64,000 nt of DNA from Granulicella sp. (GCA_027339965.1 DAHWNL010000015.1:45000-108999), one strand, 5' to 3'. Positions 50,708 through 60,888 are shown, counted from the first letter of the stretch. Numbers and translations are program-made. Notes: generated by a model not told the origin, from the sequence alone.

Positions 50708-51511
50708 TTACTGCTTGCGGAAGACCAACGTCTCTGCGAGGTGCTGTCCGGTCGGCAAGGTTCCTTCGTCGGTCATCGTCATCCGGCGTCCATCAGCGGA
50801 GACAATATAGCGGGCTTTCTCCGTCGCCTGGCCGTCGCGGCGATAGATCTCGTCCACGGTGCGAGCATTCACCAGCGAAAGCTGCACCGTGTCATTGCGC
50901 GAGTTCTGCAGATCATACTGCCGGCCATCCAGGCGCGCGTCATAGCGAAAGCCCGAGGAGAATTGAACCCCGCCACGGCCATCCGATTCAATCTTCAACA
51001 CCATCCCCTGCCGCATCAGAGTCCGGCTCATCTGCTCGGTCCACTCACCGGCGAAGGGATCCCGGAGCCGCCGCGCGCCCGCGCTTCGCTTCCAGACTGT
51101 AACTCCGTCGTTCTGGCCGCCGAGGTTCGCGTCCCCGTCTCCCTGGCTCCTGGTGGCGATCGTAAGCTCTTTGCCATCCTTCGATAACTGATCGTCCAGC
51201 GTCGCGACCACCAAGCCGTCCTTCTTCTCCGTCACCACGACGTGTCTCCGGTTGATCCGGTGCAACTCGATTTGATCAAAGAGCGGATTGCCCGCCACTG
51301 CGGTCTGCTTTCCGCTGGCGCTGGCGGTAAACGCCACGTGTTTCTCTCCGGAGATCACGACTCGCTCACTGTCTCCCCGGCGTGTGATCGACAACCGGTT
51401 GGGCGGAGTCAGCTTGCACTGAGCCGATTCGAGCGTCCAATTGCCGATGCGCGGATCTGCGGATCCGATCTGGACCGCGGCAAAAAGTCCAAGGATAACG
51501 AAGCGTAAAAT
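50708..51511 (-). CDS. Secreted protein with two internal beta-rich (lipocalin-like) repeats; start uncertain (ATT at 51511 or GTG at 51631)
   Basis: Repeats 'GNW..DQIELHRIN..SKDGKELT' and 'GEW..DTVQLSLVN..SADGRRMT'. Confidence 0.65.
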   Translation of the reverse strand: MLRFVILGLFAAVQIGSADPRIGNWTLESAQCKLTPPNRLSITRRGDSERVVISGEKHVAFTASASGKQTAVAGNPLFDQIELHRINRRHVVVTEKKDGLVVATLDDQLSKDGKELTIATRSQGDGDANLGGQNDGVTVWKRSAGARRLRDPFAGEWTEQMSRTLMRQGMVLKIESDGRGGVQFSSGFRYDARLDGRQYDLQNSRNDTVQLSLVNARTVDEIYRRDGQATEKARYIVSADGRRMTMTDEGTLPTGQHLAETLVFRKQ

Positions 51512-51732
51512 AAGGGGCTCCTTCGCCGTTGCCGGCTGCGACCACTCTAGCAGAGACGCAAACGGATGGGGGAGAGGATAAAATCCACCCAGTAGGATCC
51601 AGTGGGGTCGCGTAACAACCGCGGCGTCCACCGGTGTTCATTGCTGGCGTCGTCCACACCCATCCCTGCTCGCACGGGAGATGGAGGACCGGAACCGGAA
51701 GACGCCCTCGATCGCGTAGGGACGAAGTGGAT

Positions 51733-53979
51733 ATGAATCGCTTGAAAGTGCACCATTTCTGGGTCTCGGGGATCGTTCTTGCCGTTGTCCTCGCCCTGCT
51801 TCCCTCTTCTTTCCACGCTGGAAACCACCTGGAAACGGCCACTCGCGTTGAAGGCAGCCCGGCCGAGACGGTCGATCATGAACTAGCCAGCGACTTCCAT
51901 TCGCCCTTCGTCAACCGCGTGGTCCTTGTCATCCAGGGTCTTCCACCGGTTAATTCTCCGACCGGCGAGCAGGCATTGCGAACCGTCGTCTCTGCCGTCG
52001 AGGAGCAGCCGGGCGTCTCCGCCGTGATCTCCTATCTCCAGTTGCGCGACCCCCTCTTTTTGGGCCACGGCGGGGGCAGCTTCGTCCTGATTGGGCTGGA
52101 CTCAAACTCAGGCCCGGTAGAGCTGCTGATCCCCGCTCTGCATCAGTGTGCCCACCAACTGGAGGCGCAACTGCGCAGTACCTACCCCAAGGTCAAGCTG
52201 CAATTGACCGGCGAGGTTCCGCTCAACTTTGACCTGCGCCGGGTCAGCGCCGAAGATGTGCGCCACGGAGAGAGCCTGGTGATCCCCGCCACGCTGGCTC
52301 TGCTGCTTCTCGCCTTCGGCAGTCTGGCGGCCGCGCTGATTCCCATCGCCGTCGGCCAGCTCGCCATCGCCACCACCATGGCGATTGCGGGCCTGCTGGG
52401 CCAGCACTTCCATCTCTCCATCCTGATCCAGAATCTGGCCACCATGCTGGGCATGGGCCTGGGCATCGATTACACGCTGCTCATGGTCAGCCGGCTTCGC
52501 GAGGCGATTGCCGCCGGCCACGGCAAGGCTGACGCCGCGCGAATCGCCGCGCGCCGCGCCGGGCGCACCCTGCTGATCTCCGCCTCCACCGTCGCCATCG
52601 GCTTCCTGGCCCTGTTGACCGTACCCATCAGCGAGATTCGCTCGATCGGCCTGGCCGGATTTCTGGTGGCCGGCGTCAGCGTTCTGCTGGCCAACACCGT
52701 CGTCCCTTCTCTTTTGGCGCTGCTAGGCCCCCACATCAATGCCGGACGCCTGCCCTTCACCCCCAGGCTCGACCTGCGTCGCCCTGAGTGCGTCGGGGGC
52801 CGCTGGCGAAGCTGGGGCCGGCGAATCGTCGCTCACCCCTTTCTGGCCATCCTGCTCTCCGGCACGCCGCTGCTGCTGCTGGCTTATCAGGCCACGCGCA
52901 TGGATACCAGCTTGCCCCGGGGTGACTGGCTGCCGGCACAGGCTGAATCCGTTCAAGCGCTGGATGCGCTGCATCGTATGGGCCGCTCCGGAGTTGTGGA
53001 GTCCCTGCGCCTGATCGTCGATTTGCCCTCGGATTCAATCATCGGCTCTACCGCCGGCTGGGACGCCATCAATCGCCTCTCCAGCCGCGTGGCCGCTGAC
53101 CCGCGTTGCGCCCGCGTACTCTCTATCACCACCCTCACCAGCGGGGACCGTTCTTACGTGGACGAACTCTCCCGCCAGACCCAGCGGTCCCTGGTGAGCC
53201 GCAATGGCCACCAAGCCTTCGTCGAGGTTCTGCCCAAAGACTCCGTCTCTTTACGGGGGCAAGTGGATTGGATACGGCAGATACGCGCAACGGGCGCTCC
53301 TGAGCTTACGGGCGTGCCCAATGCCACGCTTTTGGCCGGCGGCATCCCTGCCCTGAACGCCGACTATCAAACCATCGTCCAACGTCAGATGATCCCCGTG
53401 ACCACCATGGTGGTGGTGGCGACGCTGATCGCCCTGCTCTGCGGGTTCCGATCTGTCGTCGTCGCGATCAAGGCGATCCTGCTCAACCTACTCACCGTAG
53501 CCGCCTCTTTCGGAGCTTTGGTGCTGGTCTTCCAGCGCGGCTACGGCTGCCGGTGGCTGGGCGTGAGCGCCGGGACCGGCAGCGTCTTTCCGCTGGTCCC
53601 CATTGTGACCTTCGCCATCGTCTTCGGTCTGAGCATGGACTATGAGGTCTTTCTGGTCGCCCGTGTCCTGGAGGCGCGCCGCAGTGGCTTCAGCGAGTTG
53701 GAGGCCATCCCCGAAGGCATGGCCCAAACCGCCGGATTGATTACCAGCGCCGCAGCCATCATGATTGCGGTCTTCATCGCCTTCACCCTGGGCAACTTTC
53801 TAGTGGTCAAAATGATCGGTTTCACCCTGACGGTAGCCGTCTTCCTGGATGCCACCCTGGTTCGCATCGTGATTGGCCCGGCTCTGCTGCGCGTCGCCGG
53901 CGACTGGAACTGGTGGCCGTGGGGGCTCAGCCGGCGTGCGAAAGAGCCAATGAAGTCCGCGACGCCGGCATCTTCGTAA
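51733..53979 (+). CDS. MMPL (RND superfamily) lipid transporter
   Basis: 'GLGIDYTLLMVSRLRE' and 'FGLSMDYEVFLVARV'; 'DATLVRIVIGPALL...NWWP'. Confidence 0.92.
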   Translation: MNRLKVHHFWVSGIVLAVVLALLPSSFHAGNHLETATRVEGSPAETVDHELASDFHSPFVNRVVLVIQGLPPVNSPTGEQALRTVVSAVEEQPGVSAVISYLQLRDPLFLGHGGGSFVLIGLDSNSGPVELLIPALHQCAHQLEAQLRSTYPKVKLQLTGEVPLNFDLRRVSAEDVRHGESLVIPATLALLLLAFGSLAAALIPIAVGQLAIATTMAIAGLLGQHFHLSILIQNLATMLGMGLGIDYTLLMVSRLREAIAAGHGKADAARIAARRAGRTLLISASTVAIGFLALLTVPISEIRSIGLAGFLVAGVSVLLANTVVPSLLALLGPHINAGRLPFTPRLDLRRPECVGGRWRSWGRRIVAHPFLAILLSGTPLLLLAYQATRMDTSLPRGDWLPAQAESVQALDALHRMGRSGVVESLRLIVDLPSDSIIGSTAGWDAINRLSSRVAADPRCARVLSITTLTSGDRSYVDELSRQTQRSLVSRNGHQAFVEVLPKDSVSLRGQVDWIRQIRATGAPELTGVPNATLLAGGIPALNADYQTIVQRQMIPVTTMVVVATLIALLCGFRSVVVAIKAILLNLLTVAASFGALVLVFQRGYGCRWLGVSAGTGSVFPLVPIVTFAIVFGLSMDYEVFLVARVLEARRSGFSELEAIPEGMAQTAGLITSAAAIMIAVFIAFTLGNFLVVKMIGFTLTVAVFLDATLVRIVIGPALLRVAGDWNWWPWGLSRRAKEPMKSATPASS

Positions 53980-54107
53980 GCACTCCCACGGAAGGAATCA
54001 CCGACCCCCGGTATCGGCCGATACGATGGCCATGGCCGGTCGCCGCTCTATGCGCTCCTCCTCGATGGCTGCATCCGGCCCGGCTTCGCGCTCGACGAGC
54101 TTCGCCC

Positions 54108-57100
54108 TTATTGCACCGTGAGCGTGACCGTCTGGCTTTGCTGCAAAGATCCGCTGCTTGCCGTTACCGTCAGCATGTACTTTTGTGTGTTTTGAGACTG
54201 GGTGCTGGAGATTGCACTGGCCTGCTGCCCTCCACAGCCTGAGAGCATGCCTCCCAACCCGGAGCCCAGCAGAAGAAGAAGCAGGGTGCGGCTGAGCTTT
54301 TCCTGCATCGACCTCCACAGCGGCTTGCGCTTTCGTCTTCCTCCCACCAGAGGCAGAAGCAGAAGCGCCAGCAGCGTCTTGCCTTCCGGCGTTCCTCTCA
54401 TCTCCAAGGGAATCCCGCTGCGCGCGCTGTTTGCAGCCGTCTGCACCGTCAGCGCCACCGCGGTTGCCCCGCTGTCAGCGGCTACCGAAACTGGCGTAAG
54501 GCTGGCCGTGGCTCCCGATGGCAGACCCGCCACCGCGAACGTGACCGGACCCGGAAAGCTGCCGTAAAGAGGTGCGACGTTGAAGCTGTAGGTGACCGAG
54601 CCGCCTGAAGAGGTTGTGGAGGCGCTTGGCCCGACGTTTGTAAAAGTGAAGCCGAGAGCCGCCACAGCGACGCTGACACTGCCGGCCGTGGAGCTGCCCA
54701 GAAAGTTTCCATCGCCGGCGTACCGCGCAGTGACCTCATTGCTGGAACCTGCACTGAGGGACGCTGCATACTCAGCCACACCGGCGGTCACCGGCTCGCT
54801 GGCCAGCGCTGTCCCGTTGTCGTAGAAGGTGACTGTACCAGTTGGCGTCACCGGAGTGGCGGCAATCGTGGCCACCACCGTGGCCCGGAGCGTAACCGTC
54901 TGCCCGGGCGTGGCGGAAGTAGCGCTCGCGCTGATCGTTATCGCGGATGGCTGCTGGGCCACAGCCAGGGTAAAGTTTGCGGTGGCCGCCGCACCGTTGG
55001 CATCGGTGACCGTCACTGTGTAGTTCGCCGCTGCGCCGGCCTGAGTTGGCGTGCCCGCGACGGCTCCCGTAACGGCGCTGAACGCCAGACCCGCCGGCAG
55101 CGCCGGAGAGACGCTGTAACTCAACGGCGCTGCACCTCCGTTACCCGCTACCGGCTGAAAGCCCGCCGTGGCCTGGTAAAACGTCAGCGTCGTGGAGGCT
55201 GCGGTGGTCTTCGCCGTCACTGCACTGACCACCGTCAGGCTGAAGGCCGCTGTGGCCGCCGCCCCATCGGCATCGGTGACCGTCACGGTATAGCTGGCCT
55301 CCGCACTTGCCTGGATTGGCGTGCCCGTGATCGTTCCTGTGCCGGCGCTGAACGACAAACCCGAAGGCAGCGCCGGGGAGACGCTGTAGCTCAGCGGCGC
55401 AACTCCACCACTGGCTGTCACCGGCGTAAAGGGAGCAGCGGCATGATTCTGAGTCAGTCTTATGGAGGCGACCGTCTGGCTTGCAACCAGAGTCGAGATC
55501 ACTTCCGTCAAGCTGCCGCCGCTGCCGGAGTGGGTGGCATCGCCAGAGTAGACCGCAGAGATGGGATGCTTCCCCGGCGCCGCAAAGCTCGCCTGCACGG
55601 TCGCGGTGGCAGTGCCGCCGGTGGTCTCCAGGCTCGCCGCGCCCAGCAACACCGCCACGCCTGAGATCGCGTCATAAAAGGAGACCTCGCCCGTCGGCGT
55701 GGAGCTGCCCGCAACTGCGCTTTGGACCGTCGCAGTGAACGTCACCTCCTGATTCGGCTGCTGCGGATTGGCCGCCGCCGTCAGCGTGGTGACGGTCGGC
55801 GCAGGCGCCAGCACATAGGTGAATCCAGTCAGATTGCCGATCTCCGGCGAGTTGCCGCTGCCATGCCCGGAGCTGTCCGCTACACCTTCGTCCCCGTAGG
55901 CCGCGTAGAGATACAGAGTATGCACGCCTACAATCTGCCCAGACAGCGGAATGCTGAACTCCGCAGTGGCTCCGGAGACGCTCATCCACGTTGCCTCACT
56001 CCATTCCCCGCCAACTCCATCCACCTGGTAGTACAGCGCCGTAGGAACTGGATTGGCTGGAGAAGGGGACTGCGCATCATCGACATAGGCGCTCAATGCA
56101 GTGTACTGGCTGGTCACCGTCGCGGTGAGCACAGGCGCGGTGTTCTCGGTAAGAAACGGCGTTCCAAGGCTAAGGTTCGGCAGAGCGATCGTGAGCGGAT
56201 CCGCGGACATTGGCGGCGCGGTGACGCTGACTGCGAGTGGCACGCTTGGCCCCGCACCCGCCCCATACGGGTTGATCTCGGAGACGCTGCTGCCGCCGGA
56301 GTTGGCCACGTAGACATCATGGGTCACCGGGTTCAGGACCAGCGCGGCAGGATCGCTGCCCACATCCACCGCCGTGACGCGGCTCGATGCGCCGTCAATC
56401 ACCGAGACCGTACCGCTATCGCTGTTAACGACATCGATCTGGTTCGTCACCGGATCAACCGTTAAGGCGGTAGGATCGCTGCCCACATTCACCGTGGCCA
56501 CCAACGAGTTCGTCGCCTCGGCAATCACGGAGACCGTGCCGTCGCCGGAGTTGGCTACATAGAGCTGTTGCGTTCTGGAGTCCACTCCCAGCGCCACCGG
56601 ATTGTCGCCCACGCTCACCGTCGCGGTCACGGAGTTGGTGGCTTCGCTGATCACCGAAACCGTGCCGCTAGCCTTGTTGGCCACATAGATCCGGTGGGAA
56701 GCTACATCGACGCAGATGGCCGCCGGATCCCCTCCCACGCTCAGCGTCGCGGTCACAGAGTTGGTGGCTCCGCTGATCACCGACACCGTCCCGCTGCCGG
56801 CATTGGCGACGTAGACCTGGTTGGTCAACGGATCCGTGGCGACAGCTACGGGATCGGAGCCGACGCTCATTGTCGTCTCTGCGCCGCCGGCACCATCGAT
56901 TACGGAGACGGTACCGTCGGCGCTGTTGACCACGTAGACCCGATTGGTCACCGGGTCCACCGCCAGCCCGGTTGGGTCGTTGCCCACACTTAGCGTCGCA
57001 ATCACGCCGTTTGCCGCTCCGCCGATCACGGAGATCGAATGGCTCCCGCTGTTGGCAACGTAAATCTGGTTCGTCACCGGGTTCACTGCCAGCGCATCCG

Positions 57101-58388
57101 GACTGCTGCCAACGCTGACCGTGGCAGCCACAACGCCGCCGGCACCGTTGATCACCGAGACCGTATCACCGGCGCTGTTGGCAATGTAGATCCGGTTGGT
57201 CACTGAATCCTCCACGGCCGCAGACGGGGCGCTCCCCACCGCCACTGTGGCCACCATATTCACCTCTCCGGCGATCACGGAGACCGTGCCACTGGACAGA
57301 TTGGCGGCAAAGACCTGGTTGGTGACGGGATCGACGGCCAACGTAGAGGGTTCTACCCCCACCGTCAGCGAAGTAACAGCGTTGGTGGCTCCATCGATCG
57401 CCGCGACCGTATTGCCATCCTGGTTGGCGACATAGATCTGGTTGGTCACCGAGTTCAACGCCAGCGCCACCGGATAGCTTCCAACACTGCCCACCGTGAT
57501 CGGCGTCACGGCGTTGCTTGCCCCGTCGATCACTGAGACCACGGCTGATCCTGCATCGGCGACGTAGACCTGATTCGTCACCGGATTCACCGTCAGCGCA
57601 TCAGGCGCGCTGCCCACCGTCACCTGGGTCACAGCGTTGCTGGCCCCATCGATCACAGACACCGTGGCGGCTCCCTCATCGGCGACATAGATCTGGTTCG
57701 TAACGGGATTCACCGCCAGCGCCACCGGATCGCTACCCACAGCAACCTGGGTCACCGCGTTGCTGGCCCCATCGATTACAGACACCGCGTTGCTCCCCGG
57801 GTCGGCCACGTAGATCCGGTCGGTCACCGGGTTCACCGCCAACGCATAGGGGTTGACCCCGACAGGCACTGAGGTCACCGAATCGGAGGCCCCGTCGATG
57901 ACGGACACTGTATTGCTGCTGTAGTTGGCAACGTAAATTTGGTTGGTGACAGGATTGACCACCAGCGCAAAGGGCTCTGCTCCCACGCTGATCGTGGCGG
58001 CCACCACGTTCGTGGCCCCGTCGATGACGGAGACCATGCTGCCTGCGCTCCCGCTGCTGTTGTTGGCCACATAGATCTGATCCGTTACAGGGTTCACCGC
58101 CAACGCAACCGGCTGACTGCCCACCATGACCGTCGCCGTGACCGTATCCGTCGTGCCATCGATGACTGAAACCGTATTGCTGGCCGTATTGGCGACGTAG
58201 ATCCGGCTGGTAACAGGGTCCACCGCCAGCGCAAAGGGTGAGGCTCCCACCGTCACGGTGGAGGAAACGGCTTGCGCGGCCAAAGGCACGGCCAGAAGCG
58301 TAACCAGAAACGTAACCAGAAGCATGACCAGAGAGGTTGCCCGAGCTTTGCAAAAAGGAACCGGCAGAATCCTGGAGACCACAGCCAT
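54108..58388 (-). CDS. Large surface protein: 16 YVTN-type repeats, several Ig-like domains and a C-terminal TM-TM-LSGC segment (start uncertain)
   Basis: Repeat 'VGSxPxALAVNPVTNQIYVAN..TVSVIDG'; Ig motifs 'PTGEVSFYD..YSGD', 'LPSGLSFS..GTITGTP'. Confidence 0.88.
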   Translation of the reverse strand: MAVVSRILPVPFCKARATSLVMLLVTFLVTLLAVPLAAQAVSSTVTVGASPFALAVDPVTSRIYVANTASNTVSVIDGTTDTVTATVMVGSQPVALAVNPVTDQIYVANNSSGSAGSMVSVIDGATNVVAATISVGAEPFALVVNPVTNQIYVANYSSNTVSVIDGASDSVTSVPVGVNPYALAVNPVTDRIYVADPGSNAVSVIDGASNAVTQVAVGSDPVALAVNPVTNQIYVADEGAATVSVIDGASNAVTQVTVGSAPDALTVNPVTNQVYVADAGSAVVSVIDGASNAVTPITVGSVGSYPVALALNSVTNQIYVANQDGNTVAAIDGATNAVTSLTVGVEPSTLAVDPVTNQVFAANLSSGTVSVIAGEVNMVATVAVGSAPSAAVEDSVTNRIYIANSAGDTVSVINGAGGVVAATVSVGSSPDALAVNPVTNQIYVANSGSHSISVIGGAANGVIATLSVGNDPTGLAVDPVTNRVYVVNSADGTVSVIDGAGGAETTMSVGSDPVAVATDPLTNQVYVANAGSGTVSVISGATNSVTATLSVGGDPAAICVDVASHRIYVANKASGTVSVISEATNSVTATVSVGDNPVALGVDSRTQQLYVANSGDGTVSVIAEATNSLVATVNVGSDPTALTVDPVTNQIDVVNSDSGTVSVIDGASSRVTAVDVGSDPAALVLNPVTHDVYVANSGGSSVSEINPYGAGAGPSVPLAVSVTAPPMSADPLTIALPNLSLGTPFLTENTAPVLTATVTSQYTALSAYVDDAQSPSPANPVPTALYYQVDGVGGEWSEATWMSVSGATAEFSIPLSGQIVGVHTLYLYAAYGDEGVADSSGHGSGNSPEIGNLTGFTYVLAPAPTVTTLTAAANPQQPNQEVTFTATVQSAVAGSSTPTGEVSFYDAISGVAVLLGAASLETTGGTATATVQASFAAPGKHPISAVYSGDATHSGSGGSLTEVISTLVASQTVASIRLTQNHAAAPFTPVTASGGVAPLSYSVSPALPSGLSFSAGTGTITGTPIQASAEASYTVTVTDADGAAATAAFSLTVVSAVTAKTTAASTTLTFYQATAGFQPVAGNGGAAPLSYSVSPALPAGLAFSAVTGAVAGTPTQAGAAANYTVTVTDANGAAATANFTLAVAQQPSAITISASATSATPGQTVTLRATVVATIAATPVTPTGTVTFYDNGTALASEPVTAGVAEYAASLSAGSSNEVTARYAGDGNFLGSSTAGSVSVAVAALGFTFTNVGPSASTTSSGGSVTYSFNVAPLYGSFPGPVTFAVAGLPSGATASLTPVSVAADSGATAVALTVQTAANSARSGIPLEMRGTPEGKTLLALLLLPLVGGRRKRKPLWRSMQEKLSRTLLLLLLGSGLGGMLSGCGGQQASAISSTQSQNTQKYMLTVTASSGSLQQSQTVTLTVQ

Positions 58389-58867
58389 CTCGCCTGGCGC
58401 TCTTGCAACTCGCGCCAAGCGGAGTGCAGCCTGGAACCGGGTTCTTGCAATGTCTCGCCAAAGCCGCGCACCGTCTCGCTGATGCGGCACACCGGAAGAT
58501 CGATTCGCTGCAACCGACGCCATCCCCGCTCAGCCCTCTGGTTACAAACTGCTTATCGGCTCGTGTCGGGGCGCACATGAGGATAAGTTAGGACGATTTG
58601 TATTTTATTTTTACTTTCGTAACAGCAATGCCGCACAAGGGAGCCAAATTTTGCTCCTTGCGCTGTGCGGACAGCATGATATTGAGTAAAAACTTAGGAA
58701 TAACCTCTCCGCAGTTTCACGGCATGGGAGCAAGGTCAGCGATGAGCTGGCCTGCCGGGTTTTCGGGGATACAGACGGCAGCTCCCGTAGAATCAAAAGC
58801 ATCGGCAAAGCCTAGGGGAACGATTGCAGTCATCGCTTCATCCCGCCCGCTGCCTGGGAGCTTCTAC

Positions 58868-59731
58868 GTGTCCGCATCCTCCAACCGGCTCTTCTTCCTC
58901 TATCACGAGCTCCGGAACACTCCCAGCAGCTACTCCTACGTGATGGAGCGCAGGCAGTTCGAAGCCCACGCCGATCTCTTCCTGCGCCTCCGGGCCGCTG
59001 CCGGCAACACCAACCTCTGGCCGGAGATCACCTTCGACGATGGCCACATCTCCAACCACGAGCTTGCCCTTCCCGCGCTCGCCGGCCGCAATCTTACAGC
59101 TACCTTCTTCCTCACCGTCGGTTGGATGGGCACGCGCGCAGGCTACATGAACTGGAGCCAGGTCAAGGCCCTTCACGCCGCCGGCCAGCGCATCGGCGCT
59201 CACGGCTGGTCCCACGCCCTGCTGACCCATTGCACCGATGCCGCGCTGGAGAAGGAGCTTAGGTGGGCTCGGCTGACCTTGGAGGACCGGCTGGGAACAG
59301 CCGTAACCTGGATGTCGCTCCCGGGCGGACGCTTCAACCAGCGCGTCCTCTCCGCCTGCCGGGCAGCCGGATATGAGCACGTGTTCACCTCAAGTCCCCA
59401 CGCCGAACCTGCGCAACTTCCCTTCCTTCCAGGCCGGCTGAATCTGCGCAGCGGCGTGAGCCCGGCAGACCTTGAGCAGCTTCTCGATCCTGCAAGCGGA
59501 GCCCTGCGGAGACTGAAGCGCCAGGACCGTTGGAAGTCAGCTTTGAAGCGAAGCCTTGGCGATCGCCTCTATGCTCGCCTGTGGGCCGCGCTCAATCGCC
59601 AGGAACGAGAGCAGCAAGCACCAGAGCAGCAAGCACCGGAAGAAGAACCAGCGCCCATGCCGCAGACCGCCATCGGCGAAGAGCAGAAGACCGGCGGCAA
59701 GTCCGGAGAAGCCGGGGTGCCTGAGCCATGA
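58868..59731 (+). CDS. Polysaccharide deacetylase (NodB/CE4)
   Basis: 'FLYH', 'ITFDDG', 'ATFF', 'IGAHGWSH', 'SLPGG'. Confidence 0.85.
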   Translation: MSASSNRLFFLYHELRNTPSSYSYVMERRQFEAHADLFLRLRAAAGNTNLWPEITFDDGHISNHELALPALAGRNLTATFFLTVGWMGTRAGYMNWSQVKALHAAGQRIGAHGWSHALLTHCTDAALEKELRWARLTLEDRLGTAVTWMSLPGGRFNQRVLSACRAAGYEHVFTSSPHAEPAQLPFLPGRLNLRSGVSPADLEQLLDPASGALRRLKRQDRWKSALKRSLGDRLYARLWAALNRQEREQQAPEQQAPEEEPAPMPQTAIGEEQKTGGKSGEAGVPEP

Positions 59732-60888
59732 GAGTCCTCCACCTCATCTCCAGCGGCGGCATGTATGGTGCCGAAGCTGTGATCCTGAACCTCTCCCGAA
59801 CCTTGAACCAGCAGGGTCATGCGAGCCTTGTGGGTGTGTTTTGCAACGATTCAAACCCTAACCTGCAACTGCACGAACTTGCCCTGGCGGAGGGCATCGA
59901 GTCTCACCGGATCCCATGCCACAGCCAGATCGACCGTTCTGTGCCTGCGGCGATCCGTTCCCTGGCTGAAAGCACGCGAGCCGAGGTGATCCACGCGCAC
60001 GGCTACAAGGCCGATGTCTACGCCTGGCTGGCGATGCGCGGCTCCAGCTCGCGGCGCGGCCTGCCGCTGGTCTCCACCTGCCATACCTGGTACGACGACA
60101 ACGCTTTGGTATGGCTCTACGGCGCCATCGACCGGTGGGTACTGCGCCACTATCAGGCCGTTATCGCCGTCTCTGACGGCGTGCGCGCCCGGCTGCTCGC
60201 CGCCGGCGTCCCGGCTGACCGAATCCACTTCATCCGCAACGGCATCGACCTGCGTCCCTTCACCTTCCGTGAAGGCCGGTCGCGTCTCTTCGCCGCCTCT
60301 GCAAACGCCGATGAGCTTGTAGTCGGGTGGGTAGGACGGCTCACCCGCGACAAAGGCCCGGATCTCTTCCTGCGTGCTGTGGCCCAACTGCGCTCCAGCT
60401 TCCCTTCTGTCCGTTACGTCATGGTGGGTGAAGGGCCCTACCGTCCGGAGTGCGAGCGGCTGATCGCGGAGCTGGCCTTGGCTGATGTGGTCCAGCTTCT
60501 GGGCCAGCGCTCAGACATGCCTGCGACCTTCGCCTCCTGCGACCTGATGGTCTCCTCCTCCCGGTTGGAGGGCCTGCCCATGGCGATTCTGGAGGGGATG
60601 GCCGCATCCCTGCCCTGGGTAGCCGCATCCGTCGGGGCTATTCCGTTGGCCGTTCACGAGGCAGAAAACGGCATCCTGGTCCCTGCGGAGAACGTGGAAG
60701 CCCTGGCCGCCGGCATGGCTCGTCTTCTGCAGGACGCCGCCGAGCGAGCCCGCATGGGAGCAGCCGCCAGAAGCCTCGCGGAGCGTGAGTTCTCCGCCGA
60801 GCGCATGACGGCAGACACCCTCAAGGTGTATCAGCAAGCGCGGTTGGAGGGTTTCACCAAGGACCGGCTTGGGGAGGAGCAACCTTGA
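59728..60888 (+). CDS. Glycosyltransferase family 4
   Basis: 'GGMYGAE', 'NGID', 'VGRL..DKG', 'EGLPMAILEGMA'. Confidence 0.9.
   Translation: MRVLHLISSGGMYGAEAVILNLSRTLNQQGHASLVGVFCNDSNPNLQLHELALAEGIESHRIPCHSQIDRSVPAAIRSLAESTRAEVIHAHGYKADVYAWLAMRGSSSRRGLPLVSTCHTWYDDNALVWLYGAIDRWVLRHYQAVIAVSDGVRARLLAAGVPADRIHFIRNGIDLRPFTFREGRSRLFAASANADELVVGWVGRLTRDKGPDLFLRAVAQLRSSFPSVRYVMVGEGPYRPECERLIAELALADVVQLLGQRSDMPATFASCDLMVSSSRLEGLPMAILEGMAASLPWVAASVGAIPLAVHEAENGILVPAENVEALAAGMARLLQDAAERARMGAAARSLAEREFSAERMTADTLKVYQQARLEGFTKDRLGEEQP

Noticed and set aside
42126..53979. Hopanoid (HpnH/HpnN) or ElbD ether-lipid locus
   Set aside because: No squalene/hopene genes; the multidomain enzyme has a C-terminal reductase and no acyltransferase, unlike ElbD.
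58400..58462. Two TTGGCG...TTGCAAGA motifs on the minus strand as sigma54 promoters
   Set aside because: GG-to-GC spacing is 8 and 9 nt rather than the required 10.
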